Program-made: the position numbers and the translations under genes
The notes under the pieces: model-generated
What the model saw: only the letters and a program-made list of their open reading frames with translations
Told to the model about the DNA's origin: nothing
Databases searched by the model: none
Assembly (NCBI GenBank): GCA_044376115.1
Contig: JBILLK010000012.1
Location: forward strand, 32,001-96,000
DNA: 64,000 nt
Origin: Polyangiaceae bacterium
GTDB lineage: Bacteria; Myxococcota_A; Polyangia; Polyangiales; Polyangiaceae
Reading direction: 5' to 3'
Part shown: positions 8,998-18,747 of the stretch, piece after piece
Numbering within the stretch: position 1 is the first letter of the stretch
Layout: every line of letters starts with the position of its first letter

Positions 8998-10260
8998 TCA
9001 ACGAGCGGCGAGCTTGAGTTTGCCGCTCGCCCAATCTCCGAGCAAACGGTCTATTCGGATAAAGACCTCGCGGATGGTCTCCTCGTCAGGGAGGAAGGTC
9101 AATCTGAGGTGGTCATTGTAAGGAACGTTAAAGCTGGACCCGGGTACCACAAGCACGTGCTCCCGGGTCAGCAGCTCCATGGCGAACGCGCTATCGGTGA
9201 ATCCAGGCAGTGTAGTGGTGTCAACCCGAGGGTAGGCATACAATGCGCCATCTGGGCGAACTACACTGAGGAAAGGTGAGTGCTCGATACCGCGGAGCAG
9301 TGCCGTCCGCTGACGGCCGAGGCGCCCGGATTCGGCCGTTAGTTCATAGATGCTTTGTTGCCCACCAAGGGCAGTTTGGACAGCCCACTGGCCAGGAACA
9401 TTGGCGCAAAGACGGAGCGACGCCAACACCTCGAGCCCTTCGATGTAGTCCCGGGCGTTCTCTTTATGCCCACTAAAGACTACCCACCCGACACGCAGAC
9501 CACACGCACGGTAGACCTTGGAAAGGCCTCCAAACGTTGCACAGAGGGTATCCTTGCATAGCGCAGCAGTGGGTAGGTGCTCCGCCCCGTCGTAGAGCAC
9601 GCGGTCATAAATCTCGTCCGAAAACACAACCAACTTATTGCGTTCCGCAAGCTTTACGAGGGCCTCCAAGGTTTCCCTAGGGTAGACCGCACCTGTTGGG
9701 TTATTGGGATTTATTATAACGATAGCGCGAGTCTTCGGGGTGATGAGCTTCTCAAGCTCCTCTGCGTCAGGCACAAACTTGTTCTCTGGTCGGCAGGGGT
9801 AATGAACTGCCTTTCCACCGACGAGAGTCACCGCCGCAGTCCACAAAGGATAGTCCGGAGCGGGAACGAGCACTTCATCATCGCGCTCGAGCAGCGCCTC
9901 CATGCACATCAGGATCAACTCGGAGACACCGTTACCGATAAAAACATCCTCGATGGTTACGCCCGAAACATTCCGTGATTGCGTCTCCATGACGATGGCC
10001 TCACGAGCCGGGAAGATGCCCTTCTGGTGACAGTACCCTTCTGCCTGCGCCAGGTTCTCAATCATCGCCAAACGCATCGTCTCGGGGATGCGAAAGCCAA
10101 ACTGGGCGGGATTCCCGATATTGAGTTTGATAACCTCATAACCTTGCCGCTCAATCTCCAGCGCACGCTTTGCCAGCGGGCCGCGTATTTCGTAGCGAAC
10201 GCCCTCGAGGTGACTGGCTCGGCGAACTTCGGAACGAACTGAAGAGTATGCTTGGCGCAT
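8998..10260 (-). CDS. alaA: PLP-dependent class I/II aminotransferase, AlaA-like (alanine-synthesising)
   Basis: YEIRGP, KLNIGNPA, GNGVSELI, PAPDYPLWTAAV, INPNNPTG, DEIYD and GLSKVYR (PLP Lys). Start moved to ATG 10260, which follows a GGAAGG RBS. Confidence 0.9.
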   Translation of the reverse strand: MRQAYSSVRSEVRRASHLEGVRYEIRGPLAKRALEIERQGYEVIKLNIGNPAQFGFRIPETMRLAMIENLAQAEGYCHQKGIFPAREAIVMETQSRNVSGVTIEDVFIGNGVSELILMCMEALLERDDEVLVPAPDYPLWTAAVTLVGGKAVHYPCRPENKFVPDAEELEKLITPKTRAIVIINPNNPTGAVYPRETLEALVKLAERNKLVVFSDEIYDRVLYDGAEHLPTAALCKDTLCATFGGLSKVYRACGLRVGWVVFSGHKENARDYIEGLEVLASLRLCANVPGQWAVQTALGGQQSIYELTAESGRLGRQRTALLRGIEHSPFLSVVRPDGALYAYPRVDTTTLPGFTDSAFAMELLTREHVLVVPGSSFNVPYNDHLRLTFLPDEETIREVFIRIDRLLGDWASGKLKLAAR

Positions 10261-10423
10261 TTTGCCTTCCGCTTGCCTTGCGTGGGTAGAGAGGTCAAGG
10301 AGTCGTTGTGATCGGCGTGAAGGGTTGAGCCACGCGCCGGGTCCGGCAGGATTTGGCTCCCTTGAGTGGGCAGATCCGTTAGACTTCGCCGTTTCGCGCC
10401 GCTCTCGGCGCCTGTGGGGTTTT

Positions 10424-11419
10424 ATGCTTACTCTGTCTCGAGGATTGGTCGGGATTGCCTTCTCGCTGGCTTTGCAACTCGCACCGCAGCGAGCCTGGGC
10501 GGACAACGCCGGTGCGGCTCAAGTTCTCTACGACCGCGGCGTCGAGCTCATGGCGGCCAAGAATTTCGACGAGGCCTGCCCAAAGCTCGAGGAAGTTACG
10601 AAGCTCGTGCCGGAGGGTATCGGCGCAAAGTTCACGCTCGCTCAGTGCTACGAGGCGCAAGGAAGGCTGGCCAGCGCGTGGCTGCAATTCAGCTTCGTTG
10701 CGGGTCACATGGGGCAACCGGAGCGCGCACAACTCTCTGCAGAGCGCGTCGCGGCTCTCAGGCCCAAGTTGGCGGTTCTCACAATTACCGTTTCGCCAGC
10801 GGTCAAGACTCTTCCTGGGCTCACCATCACCCGCGGTGGAACTGGGGTGGGCCCAGCTCAATTCAACGAGCCCATTCCCGTGGATCGCGGCACTCACGTC
10901 GTCAGCGTCACAGCGACGGGAAAGAAGACATGGCAACAAGAGATCAAAGTCGAAGCTGACGGGCAGAAAGTTGTTGTTGAGATCCCTGCTCTCGAGGACG
11001 CGCCCGAAGAGCCTGTGCCCACGCCGGGGACGCCTCCCCCTGCACCGGCAGTGGATGCAAAGCCTACCTGGATGATTCCTGTGGGCTTTACCGTCGCTGG
11101 GGCCGGCGTGGCCGCATTGGGCGTAGGTGGAGTGCTTGGTGGGCTAGCGATGTCGAAGGCCAACGAGGCGAATGACGCGTGCCCCAACGGACTGTGCTCG
11201 GCTGAAGGGAATACCCTTGCGAATGATGCGGTGCTCTTTGCGGACACCGCTACCGGGCTATTTATTGGCGGCGGTTTACTGGCTGCAGGCGGAGCCCTTT
11301 TGCTGATTCTGGCCCCATGGGATGACGCTGCTGAGGAAGCGCCGGGGCAAAAGGCTTTGAGTAACGTACATTACTATTCACCGAGCGAGTTTGGATTCGG
11401 TGTGGGCGCCAGCTTCTAG
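10424..11419 (+). CDS. Secreted TPR + PEGA-like protein with C-terminal hydrophobic/beta segments
   Basis: Signal peptide ending AWA. TPR-like LYDRG...ACPKLEE...LAQCYE, PEGA-like PVDRGTHVVSVTA, and a terminal FGFGVGASF strand. Start moved to ATG 10424. Confidence 0.8.
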   Translation: MLTLSRGLVGIAFSLALQLAPQRAWADNAGAAQVLYDRGVELMAAKNFDEACPKLEEVTKLVPEGIGAKFTLAQCYEAQGRLASAWLQFSFVAGHMGQPERAQLSAERVAALRPKLAVLTITVSPAVKTLPGLTITRGGTGVGPAQFNEPIPVDRGTHVVSVTATGKKTWQQEIKVEADGQKVVVEIPALEDAPEEPVPTPGTPPPAPAVDAKPTWMIPVGFTVAGAGVAALGVGGVLGGLAMSKANEANDACPNGLCSAEGNTLANDAVLFADTATGLFIGGGLLAAGGALLLILAPWDDAAEEAPGQKALSNVHYYSPSEFGFGVGASF

Positions 11420-11472
11420 CTCGTTGGTGATTGCTGGCGCGCCCGACTCACTTGTCTCTTGAGGAATCAAAT

Positions 11473-14034
11473 ATGCGAAGAACCCGAGCTCTCCAAACTG
11501 CGTTCTCACTTACCTTGCTGACCGTCTCCTTCTCGCTCAGCTCAAGCTGCCGTCAGGTACTCGACCTGCCAGAGTCGGTCGAGTGTGGAGCGGATGATGC
11601 CTGCACCACCGCCGACAAGCCCTGCATCGTCGGGGAGTGTATTGACGGGTTATGCGCCTATTCGTTCAAGGCGGAAGGGACTGTCATTGACACCGCGGAA
11701 GAGGACGATTGCACCCGCAACGTTTGCGACGGCCAAGGCGAGGTCATTGCGGCGGTCGACGCCTCCGATGCACCAGCGGATGAAACGCTAGGCGACTGCA
11801 AAGCGCCCAGTTGCGACGCCGACGGCAACGTGACCGTGAGTCCAGCCGACGACGCGCCAAACGATGAAACCAGCGGAGACTGCTTGGCTCCGACCTGCGA
11901 GAACGGCACCGTCGTGGACGGTCCGGCGGAGGATGCGCCCGATGACACAGTCATTGGCGATTGCAGCGCGCCCGGGTGTGCTGAGGGCGAGGTCGTTTCG
12001 ATCGCAGACGACGGAGATGTGCCGAATCAGGAAGATCCGCCGGGGGATTGTGTTTCGCCCACCTGTGCCAACGGGGAGCTCGTCGACGCTCCCAACGAGC
12101 TGGACGTCCCCTTGGATACCGAACCGGGGAACTGCTTTAGCCCTGCCTGTGACAGTGGAATCGTTATTGAGGTTGAGAATCCTCGCGACACGCCGGAGGT
12201 AGATATTCAAGGAGACTGTCTTGCCCCGACCTGCGCGGTTGGTGGCACTCTCGCTCCAGACGATACGGATCTACCGACCTCCGGCTGCGGAAGCTGTTCG
12301 GGAGGCGTGGTGGTGCCGTGGGTCGAGGATGGCGATGCTTGTTACTCCGGGCCTCCCGGCACGGAGAACGTCGGGATCTGCAACGGCGGGAACTTTGGGT
12401 GCGTCAACAACGTCAAGGTTTGTGCGGGTGAGCAGTTGCCCGAGCAGGAGGCATGCGGACCTGGAGCCTCGACCATCAACGAAGATTGCGATTCACAGAC
12501 TGACGAAGAGGGTCCCGGCTGCGCCTGCATGATCGGCCAGACCCAATCCTGCTACTCAGGCCCTGGGGGCACGGTCAACGTTGGAATCTGCAGCGATGGC
12601 ACCTCCACCTGTGTGGCAACTGGGAACGGTAACCAGTTTGGGGCGTGTATGGGCGAGGTTCTACCGCTGAGCTGCGACTCCTGCGTCGTGCAGGGAGACG
12701 GCGACTGTAGCGGCACTTCAGCCAACTGCACCGGCGACCATGTTTGGAGTAAAGGCGTTGGCGGTAGCTCCGCCGACCTCATGGCCGACATCCTGCAGTT
12801 GCCCAACGGCGAGCTCGTTGCGGTGGGCAACTTCTCTGGCACGTTGACCTATGCCAACAGCATCACCAGCGATGGTGGAAGCGACGCACTCGTCCTGCGG
12901 CTCGACGCGGACGGTAACGCAATCAATGCAAAGGACTTTGGTGGCACCGGAAGCGATGAAGCGAAGCAGCTTATCGCGATGGATGATGGCTACCTCGTAA
13001 TGGGAAGCCTAGGAGACGGCTCACTCGAGAACTTTGGCTCTGGCGCAACGCTCACAGGCGTTGGCGGAGACGGCTTTGTCGCTAAGTTCAACAATAGCCA
13101 CGTGCTGCAATGGAAGAAGCTCGTGGGCGGAACCAGCGCCGACTCAATCCAAGCCATCGTCAAGATGCCTGATAACGGCTTTGCAATCGCTGGGCAATTC
13201 CAGGGGACAATCAATCTCGGTGGATCCAATCTCGTTAGCCTCGGCTTCGACGACATCTTCCTGGCGCGGTTCGACGCGGCAGGGGCGCACGTTTGGAGCC
13301 AACGCTTTGGCACGAATATGCAGAACAACGTCTCCGACCTCGACGTAGCGCCGAACGGCGACTTGATCATGGTTGGAGATCTAGGGACCAGCATGGCGTT
13401 CGGCGGCGGACCGACGATCAATGTGTCCGGAGGAACGGACGGCTACGTTGTTCGGTTCAACCAGTCCGGAACGCACGTGTGGACACGTGCAATTCAGTCA
13501 ACCTCGAGCGAATCTGCCTCCGAGGTCGCCGCGCTCTCCGATGGAAGTGTCTGGGTGGCTGGCCGCTTCGATCAGGCGATTAACGTGAATAGCGTTGCGG
13601 GCTCGGAGCTGTCGCCGACGTCCACGGGGTATGACCTGTTCCTGGTCAAGTACAACGCCACTGGCGACTATGTTACCGCCAAAGGATTCAACGGAACGGA
13701 CGACCTCATCATCAATGACGTAGAAGCCGGTGCTGACGATTCGGTCGTAATCTCGGGCCGGTACTCGGGGACTCTATTCTTCACCCAAATCGCGGCGCCT
13801 GCAGCCGGCCTCTATGACGCCTTCCTGTTCAAGGTTCGGCCGGACAATGGAACGGTTCAATGGAGTAAAAAATTCGGGGGGAGCTTGAACAACGACGTAT
13901 TCCAAGGACTCCACGTAACCGATTGTGGAGACGTATTTGCCAGCGGCTACTTTGGTGGAAGTGTGGCGTTCGGAGGGGGCGCACTACCAAATCAGGGCAG
14001 CATTGACGGAGTGCTGGCGAAGTACCGTCAGTAG
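11473..14034 (+). CDS. Cys/Asp-rich repeat lipoprotein with a C-terminal beta-propeller (SBBP-like)
   Basis: GAGG RBS before ATG 11473 and lipobox SSSC. About seven P.D...GDC..P.C..G repeats and two CYSGP.GT.NVGIC motifs. Propeller blades WSKGVGG, WKKLVGG, WSQRFG, WTRAI and WSKKFGG. Confidence 0.8.
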   Translation: MRRTRALQTAFSLTLLTVSFSLSSSCRQVLDLPESVECGADDACTTADKPCIVGECIDGLCAYSFKAEGTVIDTAEEDDCTRNVCDGQGEVIAAVDASDAPADETLGDCKAPSCDADGNVTVSPADDAPNDETSGDCLAPTCENGTVVDGPAEDAPDDTVIGDCSAPGCAEGEVVSIADDGDVPNQEDPPGDCVSPTCANGELVDAPNELDVPLDTEPGNCFSPACDSGIVIEVENPRDTPEVDIQGDCLAPTCAVGGTLAPDDTDLPTSGCGSCSGGVVVPWVEDGDACYSGPPGTENVGICNGGNFGCVNNVKVCAGEQLPEQEACGPGASTINEDCDSQTDEEGPGCACMIGQTQSCYSGPGGTVNVGICSDGTSTCVATGNGNQFGACMGEVLPLSCDSCVVQGDGDCSGTSANCTGDHVWSKGVGGSSADLMADILQLPNGELVAVGNFSGTLTYANSITSDGGSDALVLRLDADGNAINAKDFGGTGSDEAKQLIAMDDGYLVMGSLGDGSLENFGSGATLTGVGGDGFVAKFNNSHVLQWKKLVGGTSADSIQAIVKMPDNGFAIAGQFQGTINLGGSNLVSLGFDDIFLARFDAAGAHVWSQRFGTNMQNNVSDLDVAPNGDLIMVGDLGTSMAFGGGPTINVSGGTDGYVVRFNQSGTHVWTRAIQSTSSESASEVAALSDGSVWVAGRFDQAINVNSVAGSELSPTSTGYDLFLVKYNATGDYVTAKGFNGTDDLIINDVEAGADDSVVISGRYSGTLFFTQIAAPAAGLYDAFLFKVRPDNGTVQWSKKFGGSLNNDVFQGLHVTDCGDVFASGYFGGSVAFGGGALPNQGSIDGVLAKYRQ

Positions 14035-14087
14035 AAAGGATCCTTGTTGCGGCGGCCTTCGCTTGCGCAGCTCGGGCCGCTTTCGAG

Positions 14088-14120
14088 AAGGGTCGCCGCT
14101 CTCGGCGGCCCTTTCGTTTT
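14088..14120. terminator. Intrinsic terminator hairpin between convergent genes
   Basis: AAGGGTCGCCG-CTCT-CGGCGGCCCTT (one G-U pair) followed by TCGTTTT. Confidence 0.7.
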
Positions 14121-14670
14121 ACAGCCCGTCGCAGGGGTTCGCGCAGCAACCGTCATCGGGGTGGGTTGCACAGTAGTCCCATACCTCAGTAGGGCCGACG
14201 GTGCGCTCAACCGCCGCCTCGTGAAGCACGGCCCCGCTCGAGGAGCTTAACTTCACGTTGATGGTGAGGGCGGTACCCTCCTCGAGTTTGATCGAGTTCT
14301 CATCCCACGGGTCGCCAGGCATCGGCAGCTGAATTCCTGCGACCATACCGGCATCGAGGTCGATGACCTGTTCGATCCTGCTGCCAACGGGGCCGTTAGC
14401 ATCCGCGGCCTCAGCCTCCAACGTAACGCTCGGACCGCAGTCCGAGCAAACGAACGCGAGCCAGAGATGGTATCCGCCTTGTGGCCCCTCCATCATTGGC
14501 TGAATGCCGTCCGCCGCGACCCTCTCAAAACAGACTTCTCCCGTCCCAACTTCAAAGGTCTCTGCAGCAGGAGGCGCTTCACACTCAACCGCACTCTCAT
14601 CACAAGCGGCGAGAGCAACGGACACCAGGAGACCAACAAGCCGGGTAGTCAAAGAGATTAGAGTTCTCAT
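14119..14670 (-). CDS. Hypothetical lipoprotein
   Basis: Lipobox LAAC, a GPQGGYHLW motif and a Cys-rich tail. Start moved to ATG 14670. Confidence 0.75.
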   Translation of the reverse strand: MRTLISLTTRLVGLLVSVALAACDESAVECEAPPAAETFEVGTGEVCFERVAADGIQPMMEGPQGGYHLWLAFVCSDCGPSVTLEAEAADANGPVGSRIEQVIDLDAGMVAGIQLPMPGDPWDENSIKLEEGTALTINVKLSSSSGAVLHEAAVERTVGPTEVWDYCATHPDDGCCANPCDGL

Positions 14671-14685
14671 ATCAAGCGTTGGCAA

Positions 14686-14702
14686 AGCATCCTCCGTGCC
14701 AA
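14686..14702 (-). promoter_or_regulatory. Candidate sigma54 (-24/-12) promoter
   Basis: The minus strand reads TTGGCACGGAGGATGCT, with GG-N10-GC spacing, directly upstream of ATG 14670. Confidence 0.5.
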
Positions 14703-14780
14703 GGCATTAGGCCCAACGATGCTGGGTTATCCAACTATGTTGAGCCCCATTGTGCCAGCGGATGCAGCAGAGAGACTGCG

Positions 14781-15854
14781 TTACTTCTTGCCTTTGCCTG
14801 GCTTGACGAAGCGAATGGTCATTCGATCGCTCTCACCGATTGCGAGGAACTTCTCCTTGTCCTTGTCCCCACCAAGCAGCGTCGGTGGTAGCGCCCAAAC
14901 CCCATCCGCGTAGTCTTTGGTGTCCTTTGGATTGGCGTTCATCTCGCTGCTTGCGTCCTTCTTGAAGCCTGCAGCCACGGCGCGCTCGATCACAAACGCC
15001 TCGGGCAGATAGCCTTTTTCGGCGCTCAGTTTGGGGTCTGCGTCGGGCTTTGCTCGATGGGCCTCCACCGCAAAGACGCCCCCGGGCTTGAGCACTTTGA
15101 AGACCTCAGCAAGGTTTTTATCCAGCTGACCACGACGCTGCCAGTTGTGGAGGTTGCGGAAGCTGAGCACCACGTCGAAGCTATTCTCGAGCTCTGGGGT
15201 GAAGCTGAGGCCAGTGCTTGGCGCGACGACGTAGCCAACCTTGGCTCCGAGTTCAGGTGCCTTGTCGAGGAGGCCCCAAAGCCTCTGCCCATACAACGTT
15301 GCTCGCTCAGTTCTTGGGCCCTTGGGATCTGGCCCAGTTACCACCAGCTTGCCCTTCTTGCTGAGGGTCGGAGCTAGCAGCTCGGTGTACCAGCCCGCAC
15401 CTGCGTCGAGCTCGAGCACGTGCGACGTGGTCTTTACGCGGAAGAAGTCGAGCATCTCTGCTGGGTGACGCTGTTGATCGCGCGCCGCCGAGCCGGGAGC
15501 CCGATGAGGGCTCTTGATTGCAGCATCCAGCGCCGCACGAAGCGTAGGGAAGTCTTTGGCGGAGAGCGTCGCGAGTTCCTTGCGGACCGCGTCGGTCATT
15601 CGTGCTTTCTCAGCCGCTTGCTCGGCGTCCAACTTGGCGAAGTCGGCTACCAGTTTCTGTGCCTCCTCAGCCTTCTTCTTGTCCTCGGGCGAGACAGCCT
15701 TCGGGTCGCTACCCTCCCCGCTCATCAACGCCAAAAGATCGGAATCGGGTTCTTGGGGCGGCCCAATCGGCACACCCGGCGCCGCTTTCGGAATCGACGA
15801 ATCAGCGCACGCAGCCGTGAGCATCAGACCTGCGAAGAAGGAACGGATTCTCAT
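14781..15854 (-). CDS. Class I SAM-dependent methyltransferase-like lipoprotein (COG4798-like)
   Basis: Lipobox TAAC. Motifs RD..RHPAE, ELDAGAGWYTE, FRNLHNW, LKPGG, NANPKD, GVWALPP and IGESDRM. Confidence 0.85.
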   Translation of the reverse strand: MRIRSFFAGLMLTAACADSSIPKAAPGVPIGPPQEPDSDLLALMSGEGSDPKAVSPEDKKKAEEAQKLVADFAKLDAEQAAEKARMTDAVRKELATLSAKDFPTLRAALDAAIKSPHRAPGSAARDQQRHPAEMLDFFRVKTTSHVLELDAGAGWYTELLAPTLSKKGKLVVTGPDPKGPRTERATLYGQRLWGLLDKAPELGAKVGYVVAPSTGLSFTPELENSFDVVLSFRNLHNWQRRGQLDKNLAEVFKVLKPGGVFAVEAHRAKPDADPKLSAEKGYLPEAFVIERAVAAGFKKDASSEMNANPKDTKDYADGVWALPPTLLGGDKDKEKFLAIGESDRMTIRFVKPGKGKK

Positions 15855-15952
15855 GCGCGGACACTACAACAGTCGCGGCCTCCGCCCAACGACTCGTGCC
15901 AAGTCGAAGGTCCACGGCGGCTGTCGAGGTCGGTGTCGAAGCACGGTACGCG

Positions 15953-16753
15953 TCAGCGCTTCAATAAGAAGCACATCGGGTCTTTTGGATCGCAAGGAGG
16001 CTCTTCAACCGCTTTGACGGTTGGAATCCCTCGGCGACCACCCACCGGTGGCACAGGCTCTGCGACTTTGGAGGACGCCCGAGCAGCCTCTTTGGCCTCG
16101 CGTTCGGCGCGCTTACGCTTGTTCTTCTCTGCGAGCAACGCCTCGTTGAGTTGGTCGGCGGAAGACTGGGAAGTCGCGAGGGACCTGCGCATTTCCTCGG
16201 CTCGGGCGCGCGCTTCGTCGTTGGCTCGTTCAAGCTCACTTCGCTCGCGGGCTTGCTCTGGAGCAATCACCCCAACGTATGCGAACGCGCCGCCAACAAG
16301 AGCGACCGTTGTCACGACCCCAACCGCGATAAGCGCTCGCTTGAGCCGCCTCTTCTCTTGCGTTGCGTCGAGCTCCAACAGCTCTCGACGACGAGTGTGT
16401 TCGGCCTCAGCTTCTCGCAGGCGTAGTTCTTCGGCTGCAACCATGCGTGCTTTCAACAGCTCGGCTTCACGAATGGCATCGAGCCTGGCTTGCTCTTCAC
16501 GACGTAGCGCCTCTTCTGCAACGCGAGCCTGCGCCACCGCTCGCCTTCGGCCCTCTTCGTCTCGAGCGAGGCGTAGTTCGGCCTCAAGTTTTGCAGCTGC
16601 TCGAGCATGCTGGGCTTGCAACGCGCGCTCTTGCTCTTCCTGAATACGCGAGTGCTCGAGCTCCATGAGTTGCCGCAGCGAAAAGAGAACGGAGCTCTCC
16701 TGGGTCGTAGGTTGGGGCGAGTTGGGATCGGACGGCGAGCGTGAGTTGGCCAT
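15953..16753 (-). CDS. Hypothetical coiled-coil single-TM protein with C-terminal CDPKDPMC
   Basis: N-terminal ESSVLFSLRQLM, E/R/A-rich coiled coil and TM ALIAVGVVTTVALVGGAFAYVGVI. Start is 16753 or 16795. Confidence 0.75.
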   Translation of the reverse strand: MANSRSPSDPNSPQPTTQESSVLFSLRQLMELEHSRIQEEQERALQAQHARAAAKLEAELRLARDEEGRRRAVAQARVAEEALRREEQARLDAIREAELLKARMVAAEELRLREAEAEHTRRRELLELDATQEKRRLKRALIAVGVVTTVALVGGAFAYVGVIAPEQARERSELERANDEARARAEEMRRSLATSQSSADQLNEALLAEKNKRKRAEREAKEAARASSKVAEPVPPVGGRRGIPTVKAVEEPPCDPKDPMCFLLKR

Positions 16754-16889
16754 GGGAGTCTGACGACCAAGGTTGGCCCCGCCTTGGGTGCTCACGGTGG
16801 ATTTTTATGCTGATGGGGGAATCGCGGTGGACCGGGCCAGGAGCAGCCGGTGGTTGGGCCCGGCTTCATCGTCGACTAACCTCCTGCCG

Positions 16890-17789
16890 ATGGCACGACC
16901 GATCGGATTCATTGGGCTTGGTTTGATGGGCAAGCCGATGGCACTCAACCTCGTGCGGGCGGGCTTTTCACTACGCGTCTTGAGCCGCAGCCCAGAACCG
17001 GTGGCGGAGCTGGTTGCAGCGGGCGCGCAGGCCGCGGCCCTGCCGAGCGACCTCGCAAGTCAGTGCGACGTGATCATCACGATGTTGCCAGATGGCCCTG
17101 ACGTCCAGGCAGTCTTGTCCGGGCCCAACGGGCTGCTCGAGCGCCTGCTTCCCAACAGCGTTCTCATCGACATGAGCAGCATCTCGCCCGAGACCGCAAA
17201 GATGTTGGCTGCGGAGGTCAGACAACGGGGTAGCTGGATGTTGGACGCCCCCGTGAGCGGCGGGGAGATCGGAGCAAAGAGCGGCACCCTTTCGATCATG
17301 GTCGGTGGGGACAGTGAAGCGCTTGCGCGGGTGCGACCGATCCTCGAGAAGCTTGGTAGCCCGGAACGGCTGGTTCACGTGGGTGAATCAGGGGCGGGCC
17401 AACTATGCAAGGTATGCAACCAACTGGTGATCGGGGGAGCGCTCGCAGCCGTGAGTGAGGCGTTCGCCCTCGCCCGAAAGTCCGGCGTGGATGGTGCGAA
17501 GGTCCGACAAGCTTTGATGGGTGGCTTCGCCGCCAGCAGGGTGCTCGAGGTCCACGGCGAGCGCATTCTGCAGAACAACTTCGTGCCCGGCTTTCGCGCC
17601 GAGATGTTCCACAAAGACCTTCGTATTGGGATGGAGACGGCTCGTGCCCACGGCGTGCCGATGCCCGTATCGTCTGCGGTGGCGCAGCTCGTGACGGCGC
17701 TCTGTGCAAAAGGAAACGGCCGCGAGGACTATTCTGCCCTAGCGACCGTTCTCTTTGACTTGGCCGGTCTCGATCGACCGAGCGCGTAG
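16890..17789 (+). CDS. garR: 2-hydroxy-3-oxopropionate (tartronate semialdehyde) reductase, beta-hydroxyacid dehydrogenase family
   Basis: GFIGLGLMG, DMSSI, DAPVSGG, GAGQLCKVCNQ and KDL motifs. Start moved to ATG 16890. Confidence 0.85.
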   Translation: MARPIGFIGLGLMGKPMALNLVRAGFSLRVLSRSPEPVAELVAAGAQAAALPSDLASQCDVIITMLPDGPDVQAVLSGPNGLLERLLPNSVLIDMSSISPETAKMLAAEVRQRGSWMLDAPVSGGEIGAKSGTLSIMVGGDSEALARVRPILEKLGSPERLVHVGESGAGQLCKVCNQLVIGGALAAVSEAFALARKSGVDGAKVRQALMGGFAASRVLEVHGERILQNNFVPGFRAEMFHKDLRIGMETARAHGVPMPVSSAVAQLVTALCAKGNGREDYSALATVLFDLAGLDRPSA

Positions 17790-18617
17790 CTACTTGTCCT
17801 TGAGCTTCTTGCGCTCTTTCATGCCTGGGAGGATGGCCAGCTCCGCGCTCGGCTCCAAGTACTCAATCGTTTCAAGGGACATGATGCCGTACTTCGGATC
17901 GGCTGCAGTTCCCGACGAAGCGCCTTTGTACGTCTGCCCGTAGGTGCCAGTGATCTTTACGCGCGCGCCTTTGGCGGGCAGCGGGTTCGGTAGGAGTTTG
18001 CCGAACGAGTCAGAGAACTTCACTTCCTTCTGCTTCTCGAGCGTGGTGGCCTTATCCATCTCTTCGATCGCGTCGTAGATGCCTGCGAAGTTGGAGGCCC
18101 AACCCATGACCGCGACCATCTCGTTCTTGGTGTCGTCCTTTGTGTCGGCGATCCAGAAGGTGGGAACGGGCGCCTTGCAGTCGGTCGGGTCCTCTTTGCC
18201 ACCTTTATGAACTGCGCAGGCCGGAGCGCATTTCTCCTCGATGGCCTTGGTGTCGTCGGCACATTTCTCCATGTTGGTCTTCACGATGTAACCAACCAGA
18301 GTGATCTTCTGGCCGTTCACCTCGTCACGGTGGACCTTGCTGTGAAGATCGTGGACGACGCCGAAGATGGTGTAGGCGTCACCGTCTTTCTTCTTCTTGT
18401 CGGGAAGACGGGGAGGAGCCGGCAGCTCGGCCGCTCGACCACTGGGAGCGCCCTTTTTCTGGTAGACCGGCGCCTCTGGACCGCACCCGAACGCACCCAC
18501 GGCGGCGAACGAGGTCGCCAAAACCAGGCACAAAGTGCGGCTATTTGACCAAGATGAAGTTCTTACCTCGGGAACAATGGCTGAAGCGAGGTCGCGGGAG
18601 GGGGCACGCTGATTCAT
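17790..18617 (-). CDS. Hypothetical lipoprotein, possibly OB-fold
   Basis: Lipobox AFGC. Strands GQKITLVGYIV and GARVKITGTY. GGAGGA RBS before ATG 18617. Confidence 0.7.
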   Translation of the reverse strand: MNQRAPSRDLASAIVPEVRTSSWSNSRTLCLVLATSFAAVGAFGCGPEAPVYQKKGAPSGRAAELPAPPRLPDKKKKDGDAYTIFGVVHDLHSKVHRDEVNGQKITLVGYIVKTNMEKCADDTKAIEEKCAPACAVHKGGKEDPTDCKAPVPTFWIADTKDDTKNEMVAVMGWASNFAGIYDAIEEMDKATTLEKQKEVKFSDSFGKLLPNPLPAKGARVKITGTYGQTYKGASSGTAADPKYGIMSLETIEYLEPSAELAILPGMKERKKLKDK

Positions 18618-18747
18618 TCGGTCCTCGGGTGGGCGGGTTCGGAAGGCCCCGAGCTTGCTACCAGGGGGAGCGCTTTTCGTAAAGGTCCCGAGTGTCGACT
18701 GCAAAAAACCAGCGTGCTTTTGGCTGAGGTACCGTACCCTCACGCCC

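Noticed and set aside
10261..10506. Apparent overlap of divergent alaA and the TPR/PEGA gene
   Set aside because: It is an artefact of longest-ORF starts. Plausible starts at 10260 and 10424 leave a normal intergenic region.
1..14700. Impression of weaker GC3 bias than in the middle of the window (possible island)
   Set aside because: I could not quantify it by eye. There are no mobility genes or att sites, and the region includes housekeeping rsmG and alaA.
15420..16643. 407-aa plus-strand ORF
   Set aside because: It is S/R/A-rich and antisense to two well-supported minus-strand genes.
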